Source: an uncultured bacterium
GTDB lineage: Bacteria > Patescibacteriota > Minisyncoccia > Phycocordibacterales > GWA1-40-21
Assembly (NCBI GenBank): GCA_963716205.1
Contig: OY970290.1
Span: 303,417-367,416, forward strand
Direction of reading: 5' to 3'
Length of the DNA stretch: 64,000 nucleotides
Below, one piece after another: positions 31,652 through 41,002 of this stretch. The notes under the pieces are model-generated. The model saw nothing but the letters and a program-made list of their open reading frames with translations, was not told the DNA's origin and ran no database searches. A program made the position numbers and the translations under genes. Numbering within the stretch: the first letter of the stretch is position 1; every line of letters begins with the position of its first letter.

Positions 31652-32233
31652 TTATTTTGGTGCATGTGCCAGTTTTTTCCTCAATAAAATAAGGGCTCGC
31701 CGATGCTGGCTTTTGACGGTATTGACAGATTTTTTCAGCATTTTTCCGATTTCTTCAAAATCCAATTGCTCATGATAACGAAGCAGGAGAACTTCACGGT
31801 ACTGGACGGTCAGCTCTCCGAGTATTTTTTCCACCAGGATTTTATGTTCAGACAGTTCAAAGAGTTCATGGGCGGTTTTTTCGGTATCAATAATGGTATC
31901 TTCGAGAAAATTATCTCCATCATTATTTTCAAATTCTGAAAATAAAATGCTTTTTTTCTTCCGCATCCAATCAATGGTCGTGTTTCGCACTATCGTATAG
32001 AGCCATGTCTTAAATTTTTCTCCCCGCCGAAATTTGCTGATATTTTTCCATAATTTTACAAAACTTTCCTGGGTTATTTCTTCAGCATCTTTCGGATTAC
32101 CGCACAGGCGCAAGGAGAAATTATATACTGGCTTGAGATAGCGATTCACCAGCTCGGTAAACGCCGATTGATCTTCATTTTCAGTATAATGAAAAACCAG
32201 TTCTTCATCTTTGAGTTTCTTCACATCCTCCAT
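31652..32233 (-). CDS. ECF-subfamily RNA polymerase sigma factor
   Basis: Sigma-70 region 2 (ITQESFVKLWKNISKFRRGEKFKTWLYTIVRNTTIDWMRKK) and region 4 (LPVQYREVLLLRYHEQLDFEEIGKMLKKSVNTVKSQ); 193 aa. Confidence 0.8.
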   Translation of the reverse strand: MEDVKKLKDEELVFHYTENEDQSAFTELVNRYLKPVYNFSLRLCGNPKDAEEITQESFVKLWKNISKFRRGEKFKTWLYTIVRNTTIDWMRKKKSILFSEFENNDGDNFLEDTIIDTEKTAHELFELSEHKILVEKILGELTVQYREVLLLRYHEQLDFEEIGKMLKKSVNTVKSQHRRALILLRKKLAHAPK

Positions 32234-32315
32234 AGAAAAGAATTATAGCAAGACTGCTGTATTCGTCATAATATTCATTATGTATACATTTACGAGTATC
32301 GAGTATCAGTCGGTG

Positions 32316-32350
32316 CAAAATAAAAAGATTTGGAATTTTCCAAATCTTTT
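32316..32350. terminator. Bidirectional hairpin terminator
   Basis: AAAGATTTGG-AATTTT-CCAAATCTTT flanked by A/T runs. Confidence 0.5.
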
Positions 32351-32369
32351 TATTTTAAACAGCTAAATT

Positions 32370-33233
32370 TTATTGAGCAGTTGTGGAAGCGGTTGTTGTT
32401 GCCGTAACACCGCCTTTTGGTGTCATGGTTCTGATACCGGAAACAACCGTATTCATATCTTTTCGTGCGGTTTGCAAATCTGAATCCCCCGTTTTGATAT
32501 TTGCCCGTGCAGCTTTGAGCGCAGCGGTATTTGAAGCCGCGATCGTCGTATTGCCCTGATCCGGCATAAGTGATGCGGTGCTCGATACTGCGGTTGCCGC
32601 TTGACTTGTTGCATCCGCAATTTTTGATGCGATATCTGACATGGCTGCAGTCAATGAGCTGGTATCAACTCCTGATGACTGCAATTGCGTGATTCTCGTT
32701 TGAAGTTTATTTTCCACGATTGTCATCAGAGAAACAATTTGATTGATTCTATCCGCAGCTGCCAGTATCGTTATCTGCGGTTCGACAAGCATATAGATTC
32801 GATAATCAGTGGTAATTGATTTTAAATCATCGCGCATCGTTGTTGTGCTTGTATCAGAATCTATTTGTGATTTTAACGCAGTCAATGTGGCAATTTCATT
32901 TTGCGTTGTCGATGCGATAGTTGCTTTATCCGCATCTGAAACATTTTTGATAGATTCAATTTTTGAAATCAAAGCATTCAAGGAATTTATTCTCGCAGTA
33001 ATTTCCTTATCGGCATCGGCTATCACTTTTTGCATCATTGATGCGATATTTGCCGCTCTCGTCGAACTTGCTTGCTCCCTCATTTGCATTCGAGTCGTGG
33101 TTGAGACATTTCTGAATCTCATTGTCGTGCTTGCGTTTATTGCGCCATAATTTTGGGCGGAAGCCACAAAAGTCATGGATGTGAATAACAGAGCCGATGT
33201 TGCATACAATGCTATTTGTTTTGATATTTTCAT
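32370..33233 (-). CDS. Secreted Ala/Ser/Thr-rich coiled-coil protein
   Basis: Signal peptide (…FVASAQNYG), heptad-like A/T/S-rich sequence; 287 aa. Confidence 0.5.
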   Translation of the reverse strand: MKISKQIALYATSALLFTSMTFVASAQNYGAINASTTMRFRNVSTTTRMQMREQASSTRAANIASMMQKVIADADKEITARINSLNALISKIESIKNVSDADKATIASTTQNEIATLTALKSQIDSDTSTTTMRDDLKSITTDYRIYMLVEPQITILAAADRINQIVSLMTIVENKLQTRITQLQSSGVDTSSLTAAMSDIASKIADATSQAATAVSSTASLMPDQGNTTIAASNTAALKAARANIKTGDSDLQTARKDMNTVVSGIRTMTPKGGVTATTTASTTAQ

Positions 33234-33267
33234 AGTATTTATTTATTGTTTAATAAAATATAATTTA

Positions 33268-33516
33268 TTAATTGGTTGAAGTCGATTCAAGATTTGCTTC
33301 ATCCGAATTCAAATCATTGAGCTGCGCATCAAGATTCGACATATCTTGATTGATCGCAGTATCTGAAGTATCAGTCGTTGAAGCGACATAAGTGCTTTCC
33401 TGTTCCTGCGATTGATTCGTCTCTACCGTATTTGATTTTGGTATGTACGCCCAAATGATTGCAATGACCGCAATTAAAATAATGATGATCAATATTGTTT
33501 TTGCCGTTTTTGACAT
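33268..33516 (-). CDS. Small membrane protein with acidic C-terminal tail
   Basis: One TM helix (ILIIIILIAVIAIIWAYI), 82 aa. Confidence 0.4.
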   Translation of the reverse strand: MSKTAKTILIIIILIAVIAIIWAYIPKSNTVETNQSQEQESTYVASTTDTSDTAINQDMSNLDAQLNDLNSDEANLESTSTN

Positions 33517-33568
33517 AAAGTTAAAATTAAATCTATTAAAATTACAACTCTAATTATACACCTTTCAA

Positions 33569-35968
33569 TTATTTATTCAACAATGCTCTTGTCAAGGGTC
33601 CTACGCTTCCGACTTGTTGCAAGCCATTTTCTGCCTGAAATTGTATAACTGCGGCATACGTCAAACTTCCAAAATATCCTGTAATCGGACCGTTATAAAC
33701 TCCAAGCTGTGTCAGTCGCGTTTGAAGTTCGGTGACATCATAACTTCTTTCCCCATATCGTATCGGTGATGAGAAGATATACTGGCCACTTGAAACTATC
33801 GGAGTAGAAACCGGAGTTTGAACGGGAACGGATGTCACTGTTACAAAGAGCGGCTGGCAATTGCCGGTATTTGAACATATGGTAACTGATGCCGATCCGG
33901 AATTCACGCCATTCAAGACGAGAAGATCTCCATTAATATTTGCGTTAAAATACGAATTGATGCTTGAAGAGATGGAATAACTAGATGCACCGGACATTGT
34001 TACATATGCTGATTGTCCAACTTCAACTGTCGGATTAACTGGGCTGAATGTAATAACAGATGCAACACTTTCGGCATTTACTGTAATAAAAAGCGGAGAG
34101 CAGCTGTTTGACGAGGCACATACAACAGCGATTGCAGATCCGCTACTTACGCCGGTAACCGTCAGAATATTTCCCGAGATGGTAACTTGCGCCGCGTTTG
34201 GATTACTGTTTGATGCGAGAGAATAATAATTGCTTGCACCGCCAGAAACACTGACAGTAGTATTTTGTCCTGTTGATAATGTTACCGTATTCGGACTAAA
34301 AATTGGATTTGCCGTTGAGCTGATACTACCATTTGAACTGATGACATTCATCGAAAGTATATTACACTGACCTCCACTTTGACAGACGGTGATATTGGTA
34401 CTGCCCAAACTGTTTGCAGTGATAATAATTCCGGATCCGGTGAGTGTATATGAAGCAACGGATGGATTGGTATTTGTGGTGACATAGTATTCTCCAGTAC
34501 CGGTAAATGAAACGGAAGCATTTTGTCCGGCGGTCATTGAAAAATTATTCTGGCTGAAAGCCGGTTGCAGATTTCCAGAACCAACTCCCGCAGAATTAAC
34601 CGTAACGCTAAGTCCTACGCATCCCCCGCCGGCAGAACAAACAGAAAGAATGGATGATCCGGCGGAAAGACCTGTTATATTGATAATATTATTTGAAAGT
34701 GATGATTGAAAAATTCCACTGACCGTCGGCGTCGCTAAACTGTATGGCGCTTCACCGCCAGAAACAGTAACCGAAAGCGTTTGTCCCAAAAGGAGGGTAA
34801 TTGAAGATTGGCTCAAGGACATTGCTCCGCCGGTTGCAGTATAGCTTACCGTCGGCGTGATAGTGCTGCAGCTTCCGCTTGTTGAACAAACAGTGATTGT
34901 CGCGGTTCCCGTTGTATCTCCATACAGATTCAAAGTATTTCCGGAAATTGTCGGACTGACGACAGACGGATTGGAATTTGAAGATATTGTGTATGTGCCG
35001 CTTCCGCCTGAAATTGAAATCGGCAATGTTTGTCCTGTTGCAAGAGTCGGATATGTTTGGCTGAATGTAACACCGGTCGTCGACACAGCTCCGATGGTCG
35101 CATTAATAATTCCACAGGAACTCATATCGCTTGAACAAACAGTAATTGAAGCACTTCCACCTGTTCCCGTCCCATAAAGATTGATTGTATTTCCATTTAT
35201 CAAGCTTGCAGTGATTACTGAAGAATTTGAATTCGTTAATATAGTGTATGATCCTGTTCCGCCAGAAATGGTAATTGGCACCGTTTGTCCGTTTGCAACC
35301 GTAATATTATTTTGATTGAACGTAATCGGCTGTATCGAACTATTATTTTGCGATGGCACCGTAACATACAAACTTCCGCAATTTGTCGTTTGATTGAGCG
35401 GACAAACAGTAAGAACGCTTGAGCCGACGCTTAAAGCGGTGAATGTAATTTGATCGCCTGAGATACCGACATTGGTAGTGACGGCAGGATTTGAATTATT
35501 TGATATATATAATGTGCCGGTGTTGTCGTTCGGATTTATCGTAACGGTTGTTGTTTGACCGACAGTCATGACCAAGCTTGTTTGAGAAAAAGAAACTGCG
35601 GTATTTGCGACAGAGGCTGAAATATTCGGCCATGCGACAGCTTGCGATTGCTGTCCGTCAACGACCACGTATGTGGAACCGCCGGAAGCGATATTGTATT
35701 GCGTTGAATTCAAAACGATCGAAGCAGTGCCGTTTGCAGCTGTTGTGCCGATCGGCTCGATCGATAATCCCTGGCTTGTGCTCTGATAATAAAATACAAC
35801 GCTTGAATTCGGATCACCGACGACATCGACCTCAACGTTACTTCCGTTGATATTTGAAAATGAAAGCGATGGCGTCATTGCGTATGCATTTCCCGTAAAA
35901 ATGAAAAAAGCCGCAAAAGTAAAAACACTTGCAAGTAATGAAAAAACAGATTTTTTAGAAAAGATCAT
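33569..35968 (-). CDS. Large secreted surface protein: ~8 tandem Ig-like (Big-2-like) repeats with C-terminal peptidoglycan-binding (PG_binding_1-like) domain
   Basis: Signal peptide; ~75-80 aa repeats each with conserved TVC...C pair (e.g. ...SVLTVCPLNQTTNCGSLYVTV, ...ASITVCSSDMSSCGIINATI); C-terminal YDVTELQTRLTQLGVY-GPITGYFGSLTYAAVIQFQAENGL; 799 aa. Confidence 0.65.
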   Translation of the reverse strand: MIFSKKSVFSLLASVFTFAAFFIFTGNAYAMTPSLSFSNINGSNVEVDVVGDPNSSVVFYYQSTSQGLSIEPIGTTAANGTASIVLNSTQYNIASGGSTYVVVDGQQSQAVAWPNISASVANTAVSFSQTSLVMTVGQTTTVTINPNDNTGTLYISNNSNPAVTTNVGISGDQITFTALSVGSSVLTVCPLNQTTNCGSLYVTVPSQNNSSIQPITFNQNNITVANGQTVPITISGGTGSYTILTNSNSSVITASLINGNTINLYGTGTGGSASITVCSSDMSSCGIINATIGAVSTTGVTFSQTYPTLATGQTLPISISGGSGTYTISSNSNPSVVSPTISGNTLNLYGDTTGTATITVCSTSGSCSTITPTVSYTATGGAMSLSQSSITLLLGQTLSVTVSGGEAPYSLATPTVSGIFQSSLSNNIINITGLSAGSSILSVCSAGGGCVGLSVTVNSAGVGSGNLQPAFSQNNFSMTAGQNASVSFTGTGEYYVTTNTNPSVASYTLTGSGIIITANSLGSTNITVCQSGGQCNILSMNVISSNGSISSTANPIFSPNTVTLSTGQNTTVSVSGGASNYYSLASNSNPNAAQVTISGNILTVTGVSSGSAIAVVCASSNSCSPLFITVNAESVASVITFSPVNPTVEVGQSAYVTMSGASSYSISSSINSYFNANINGDLLVLNGVNSGSASVTICSNTGNCQPLFVTVTSVPVQTPVSTPIVSSGQYIFSSPIRYGERSYDVTELQTRLTQLGVYNGPITGYFGSLTYAAVIQFQAENGLQQVGSVGPLTRALLNK

Positions 35969-36105
35969 AATACATTTGTTATTTTTAATAATCGATTACA
36001 ATTATATATCATTGGCATAAAAATAAACAGTGCTGTTCAATTCAATTATACGTTTTTTGCTTCAAAAGGGTGCGAAGGATAATATTCTTTGATATACTTG
36101 TCCGC

Positions 36106-37473
36106 ATGAAGCTTTATCGATGCATCATAAGCGGTGTTATATTGTTTATTTTTCTTTTTCCATTCAATGTATTTAATGCCCTAGCCCAAACACTCACCGA
36201 AGCTGAAAAAGAACAACTGCAAACAGAGCTTAATCAAGTTTTACAAGAAGAACAGCAGGCACAAGCCAGTCTTGCCACGGCGCAATCGCAATCTTCTTCT
36301 TTGCAAAACACCATCAATACATTGAATGCAAAAATCAAAGTCGAGCAATTGGATATTCAGGCGAAAAATCTGACTATTCAGACGCTCGGTGAAAATATTA
36401 CCGATACGCAAAATCAAATCGACAGCCTCGGCGACCAGATTCAAAATAACACGCAAGATATTGAAGGCATGTTTAGGCAGCTTCAGCAGGCGGACTCAAC
36501 TTCCCTTCTTGAAATTATTCTTTCAAACCAAACGATATCCGGTGCGGTTGAAGATACAAACAATCTGGAGCTTCTTCAGCAGGATCTGGACACGCTTTCC
36601 GCGGAACTTTCAGATGAAGAGGCATCAAGCACGGTTGCAAAAGGCGTTCTCGTGACAAAACAAAATGCCGCAACTGATGCATTGTATGCAATCCAGCAAG
36701 AGCAAGATACGTTGAAGACAAATCAAGATCAGCAGAAACAATTATTATCAATCAGCAAGAGCAATGAAAAAGCATACTCGGCTGCCGTTGCTGCGGCGCA
36801 GAAAGAAGCTGATGCAATCAACGCAAAGCTCTTTGCACTTGCCGGCGGATCCAACCCGATCAATTTCGGCGAGGCGTATCAATATGCTCTGACTGCGCAA
36901 AAAGCGACCGGCGTTGATCCGGCATTTCTTCTGGCTATTCTCACCCAGGAATCAAATCTCGGGACAGATCAGGGAAATTGTTATCTTGCAAATGATGAGA
37001 CAGGAGCAGGAGTAAGCGTTAAAACCGGTGCAGCAAAACCACGCACCATGAGTCCGACACGTGATGTTCCGCCGTTTCTCACCATCACAAGTGATTTGGG
37101 TGTTGATCCCCATAACACGGTTGTCTCATGCTGGCAGCCTGCTTACACTGCAAGTGGAAATCCATCTGGCTGGGGTGGGGCGATGGGACCGGCACAATTT
37201 ATTGCATCCACATGGATGGGTTTGGTAAATGATCTTGATTCAGAGCTTGGCATTACCGGCATGCCAAATCCATGGAATCCAGAAGATGCATTTACCGCTT
37301 CAGCTACGTATCTTTCCGATCTTGGCGCTTCCGAAGGAGGTTATACGGCAGAAATGAAAGCGGCATGCAGGTATTATGGCAGCGGCGGTTCATCATGTTC
37401 CTACGGCTCAAGCGTCATGGCGCTCGCGTCGACAATTCAGCAGACGGAGATCAATAAACTGCAGGGCTTATAA
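36106..37473 (+). CDS. Secreted coiled-coil protein with C-terminal lytic-transglycosylase (SLT)-like domain (PcsB-like architecture)
   Basis: Signal peptide, ~200 aa Q/L-rich coiled coil, then LAILTQESNLG...GAMGPAQFIASTW (Glu-Ser and G-x-M/A-Q motif of SLT fold); start taken at MKLYRC. Confidence 0.6.
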   Translation: MKLYRCIISGVILFIFLFPFNVFNALAQTLTEAEKEQLQTELNQVLQEEQQAQASLATAQSQSSSLQNTINTLNAKIKVEQLDIQAKNLTIQTLGENITDTQNQIDSLGDQIQNNTQDIEGMFRQLQQADSTSLLEIILSNQTISGAVEDTNNLELLQQDLDTLSAELSDEEASSTVAKGVLVTKQNAATDALYAIQQEQDTLKTNQDQQKQLLSISKSNEKAYSAAVAAAQKEADAINAKLFALAGGSNPINFGEAYQYALTAQKATGVDPAFLLAILTQESNLGTDQGNCYLANDETGAGVSVKTGAAKPRTMSPTRDVPPFLTITSDLGVDPHNTVVSCWQPAYTASGNPSGWGGAMGPAQFIASTWMGLVNDLDSELGITGMPNPWNPEDAFTASATYLSDLGASEGGYTAEMKAACRYYGSGGSSCSYGSSVMALASTIQQTEINKLQGL

Positions 37474-37484
37474 TTTAAATTAGC

Positions 37485-38339
37485 ATGATTTCATTTTTTC
37501 AGGCAATCATCATCGGGCTTGTTCAGGGAGTGACAGAGCTTTTTCCCGTTTCAAGTCTCGGACATTCTGTTTTGTTGCCGGCGATTTTCGGCTGGGGTAT
37601 AAATCAAAACAGCAATATTTTTCTTACGTTTCTCGTAGCTACACATTTTGCCACGGCGCTGGTGCTTTTCTTTTTCTTTTTCAAGGATTGGATTTTGATC
37701 ATCAAAGCAATTTTCCGATCATTGAAAAATCGTATTATCAATATAAATGACATCTATGAAAAGCTCGGCTGGATGATCGTCATTGCCACGATTCCCGTCG
37801 GTATTTTTGGCGTTCTTTTTCAGGACAAAGTGCAGGCGCTTCTTGCGGGCGCAAAATATGTTTCCATTTTTTTGATTCTCAACGGTTGTTTGCTTTTTGG
37901 CTCAGAATATTTGAGAAAGAAAAAAGAAATTTCAGCGGATAGTAATGTTGATGCAAAAATTATAAAAATTTCTTGGTTTGATTCCGTGAAAGTCGGTCTG
38001 GCAGAGTGTATTGCTTTGATACCCGGATTTTCACGCACCGGCTCGACGCTTGGTGCAGGACTTTTTGTCGGTCTTGATCACGAAGCTGCAGCCAGATTTT
38101 CTTTCTTGCTTGCCACGCCGGTTATTTTTGCCGCGGCACTTTTGAAACTTCCGGATTTATTTCACCTTGATTCCAAGACTTCATTGCCGATTTTTGTTGG
38201 TGCACTTTTCGCCGCACTCGGTGCGTATTTTTCTGTGAAATTTTTGAGCAAGTATTTTAAAACAAAAACACTTACTCCATTTGCAGTCTATTGTGTTCTT
38301 GCAGGAGCAATTTCTTTTTGTATTTTAATTATTCGCTGA
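37485..38339 (+). CDS. uppP: Undecaprenyl-diphosphatase
   Basis: MISFFQAIIIGLVQGVTELFPVSSLGHSVL (BacA signature), 8 TM; 284 aa. Confidence 0.9.
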   Translation: MISFFQAIIIGLVQGVTELFPVSSLGHSVLLPAIFGWGINQNSNIFLTFLVATHFATALVLFFFFFKDWILIIKAIFRSLKNRIININDIYEKLGWMIVIATIPVGIFGVLFQDKVQALLAGAKYVSIFLILNGCLLFGSEYLRKKKEISADSNVDAKIIKISWFDSVKVGLAECIALIPGFSRTGSTLGAGLFVGLDHEAAARFSFLLATPVIFAAALLKLPDLFHLDSKTSLPIFVGALFAALGAYFSVKFLSKYFKTKTLTPFAVYCVLAGAISFCILIIR

Positions 38340-38552
38340 TTTCTTTCCGCTTTGAAACCATGCGTAGGCAAAAAGTGCCAGCGCAAGCAGAAGCGAGAGA
38401 AGCCCGTGTTTGAAATGAATTGTCGTTGAGTCAATTTGAAAACCAGGAAAATATGTCGGAAGAGATCCAGCAGCAGTTGTCCAATATAAGATTGTTAAAA
38501 TAACAAATCCGATTCCCAATAAAACCGATACTATAATTAATATTTTTTTCAT
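38325..38552 (-). CDS. Small membrane protein
   Basis: Two TM helices, 75 aa. Confidence 0.4.
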   Translation of the reverse strand: MKKILIIVSVLLGIGFVILTILYWTTAAGSLPTYFPGFQIDSTTIHFKHGLLSLLLALALFAYAWFQSGKKSANN

Positions 38553-38557
38553 ATTTT

Positions 38558-39175
38558 TTAAAACCCCAATTTTTCTTTCACAATGATGACATGGAAAACT
38601 CTTCCCGACATCGGATTTTCTCCGTAAATGATAAGCGTTTTATTATTTGTGGTATGAGCTTTATATACACTCATCATGCGAGCATCTTCAAGCGGCACGA
38701 CATAACCTTCAAGCCGTTTCATCCCCTCTTCGATATTTGGAACGATTTTCTGCGCGCCGACGACGAGTATCAGATTTTTGGAAGTAAAGACTAGATGTGG
38801 CAGCTGGCTTCCGGAATTTGAGGCAACAATCATCCTCCCATTTTCCACGAGTGCGTGAACGCTACCCAAATAAAAATCCGAAAGGACCGACTGTTGTCTC
38901 AATTCCGCCCGCTTTGCCGCGTCATTTTCAGCAAAAATATTGGCATGCAGATCATTCCAGCCATGTTTGCCATCCTTCAGATATTGCATAAAACCGATTT
39001 CTTCGAGAGTGGTCGACGAACCATTCATGACGGAAACCCCGGCGGGAATAAGCTCTTTTATTTTTGCCAAAGCTTCCTCTTTATTTGAAACGACAATTGG
39101 ATTAAAATTTTTGCCTTTCAATGCTTCGGCAGTTTTTTGTATTATTTCATCCGATGCGATTTGATCATAATTCAT
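38558..39175 (-). CDS. LUD-domain (LutC/YkgG-like) protein
   Basis: Family-level similarity across 205 aa (…ALAKIKELIPAGVSVMNGSSTTLEEIGF…GAQKIVPNIEEGMKRLEGYVVPLEDARM…). Confidence 0.6.
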   Translation of the reverse strand: MNYDQIASDEIIQKTAEALKGKNFNPIVVSNKEEALAKIKELIPAGVSVMNGSSTTLEEIGFMQYLKDGKHGWNDLHANIFAENDAAKRAELRQQSVLSDFYLGSVHALVENGRMIVASNSGSQLPHLVFTSKNLILVVGAQKIVPNIEEGMKRLEGYVVPLEDARMMSVYKAHTTNNKTLIIYGENPMSGRVFHVIIVKEKLGF

Positions 39176-39217
39176 ATATTTTTTGAAAATTAAAAACTCA
39201 ATAACAATAGTATTATA

Positions 39218-39979
39218 CTATTCTTCGATTTTTCTCAAAGCTCTGACAGACCAGTAAAACATGGCACTCATCAAAAGAAAGGTGACGATAAATCCGACAA
39301 CAACATCTCCATTTAGAATTGCACCGGCAAATAAATCCCTTGATGCGTTCACCGTGTAATAAAACGGATTTATTTTTGCCAAATCCAAAAGCCAAAAAGG
39401 TGCGAGCGCAAGCGGAAGCATGATGCCGGAAAGAAGTGATACTGGTAAAGTTATCGTATTGAGCGTCGGCGCCATATTGTCCTCGGTTTTATAAATCAGG
39501 GCAAACGCATACGACATAGACGCCATGGAAATCGCAATCATGATATACAGCGGAATGGAAACCAGAAATCCCCAAAAGCTTATTGAAAGCCCGAACGGTA
39601 TTGCTACGATGGTGATGAGAAAGACTTGAAGCAAAAGGATGAATGCATCGTGCAGTACTCTTCCCGCAAGTATTGCCGAGCGTTTAACGGGAGTGACGAG
39701 AAATCTCTCGACTACTCCGCTGCGAATATCATCAATCAAATTGTAGCCGACAAATGCTGAGCCAAAAAGCGACATCATCACGAGAAGTCCCGGAATAAAA
39801 ATCTGTACGGTCTTCCCCGCCGGCAATCCCGGCTCGCCGCCAAGCCCGCCGAGAAGCGGCATGAACAAGACCATATACAAAATCGGCTGGAACATATCCA
39901 AAAGCAGATACAGCGGGCTTTTAAACGTATGCTGTATATTTCTCTCAAACATTAAATAAGTATCTCGCAATAATTTCAT
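39218..39979 (-). CDS. ABC-2 type transporter permease
   Basis: 6 TM helices, 253 aa, immediately downstream of ABC ATPase. Confidence 0.75.
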   Translation of the reverse strand: MKLLRDTYLMFERNIQHTFKSPLYLLLDMFQPILYMVLFMPLLGGLGGEPGLPAGKTVQIFIPGLLVMMSLFGSAFVGYNLIDDIRSGVVERFLVTPVKRSAILAGRVLHDAFILLLQVFLITIVAIPFGLSISFWGFLVSIPLYIMIAISMASMSYAFALIYKTEDNMAPTLNTITLPVSLLSGIMLPLALAPFWLLDLAKINPFYYTVNASRDLFAGAILNGDVVVGFIVTFLLMSAMFYWSVRALRKIEE

Positions 39980-39983
39980 AATT

Positions 39984-40967
39984 TTATTCGTTATCTTCCC
40001 GCAATGATCTGCCGGTATATTTCAAAAACACATCATCAAGACTCGGTTCGGTCATGCTGATACTTTCCGCTTTCAGACCGCTCGTATCAAGCAAGCGCAA
40101 AATATCCGGTATCGCATGATCGCCATCCATGACATGCAAGCGAAGCGTATTTTCATGTTTTTCGGATTTCATTGAAGGAAATTTTCCCAATAAAATCTTT
40201 TCCGATCTGCCGACGATTTCAGAATTTGCAAAACTGAGCGTGATCGTGTCGGTGCCGATGCTGTTTTTCAATTCAGTCGGCGTGCCAGTCGTGATGATTT
40301 CCCCATTATCGATGATGGCAATATTGTCGCAGAGATTGTCCGCTTCTTCCATATAATGTGTGGTCAGAAATATTGTCATACCGGTCTCATTTAATTTCTG
40401 GATTTCTTCCCACATGAACGCTCTGCTTTGCGGATCAAGCCCTGTTGTCGGCTCATCGAGCAAAAGGAGCTGGGGCTGATGCGTCATGCCGAGCGCGATA
40501 TCAAGCCTCCGCAATTGCCCGCCGGAATAGCTTTCAGCGACGCGGTCTGCAAAATTCTGCATTTGAAAATGTTCAATAAGCTCTTTTGCTTTCTTTTGTG
40601 CGGAAATTTTATCAATACCATAGAGCCGTGCTTGTAGGATGAGGTTTTCATATCCGGTCGAAGCGAGGTCTGCTCCGCCTGCCTGGCTAACATAGCCGAT
40701 ATTTTTGCGGATCTCCGCCTGATCTTTTGAAATGTCAAAGCCAACGATATTGATCGTGCCGTTTGTCGGCGTCAGAAGCGTGGAAAGAATTCTCTGCGTG
40801 GTGGATTTGCCTGCGCCATTCGGGCCGAGGAAGCCGAAAATTTCCCCGCGACGAACCGTGAGATTGACTCCTTTGACCGCTTCCACTTCATTTTTCTTTC
40901 CTTTGACTTTGGAAATAAAAGTTTTTTTCAGTCCGATAGTTTCGATGATGAGATCATTTTGAGGCAT
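39984..40967 (-). CDS. ABC transporter ATP-binding protein (DrrA-like)
   Basis: Walker A GPNGAGKST, signature YSGGQLRRL, Walker B LLLLDEPTTGLD; 327 aa. Confidence 0.88.
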   Translation of the reverse strand: MPQNDLIIETIGLKKTFISKVKGKKNEVEAVKGVNLTVRRGEIFGFLGPNGAGKSTTQRILSTLLTPTNGTINIVGFDISKDQAEIRKNIGYVSQAGGADLASTGYENLILQARLYGIDKISAQKKAKELIEHFQMQNFADRVAESYSGGQLRRLDIALGMTHQPQLLLLDEPTTGLDPQSRAFMWEEIQKLNETGMTIFLTTHYMEEADNLCDNIAIIDNGEIITTGTPTELKNSIGTDTITLSFANSEIVGRSEKILLGKFPSMKSEKHENTLRLHVMDGDHAIPDILRLLDTSGLKAESISMTEPSLDDVFLKYTGRSLREDNE

Positions 40968-41002
40968 AAAAATTATTTATTGAAAATCATTATACCAAAA
41001 AA

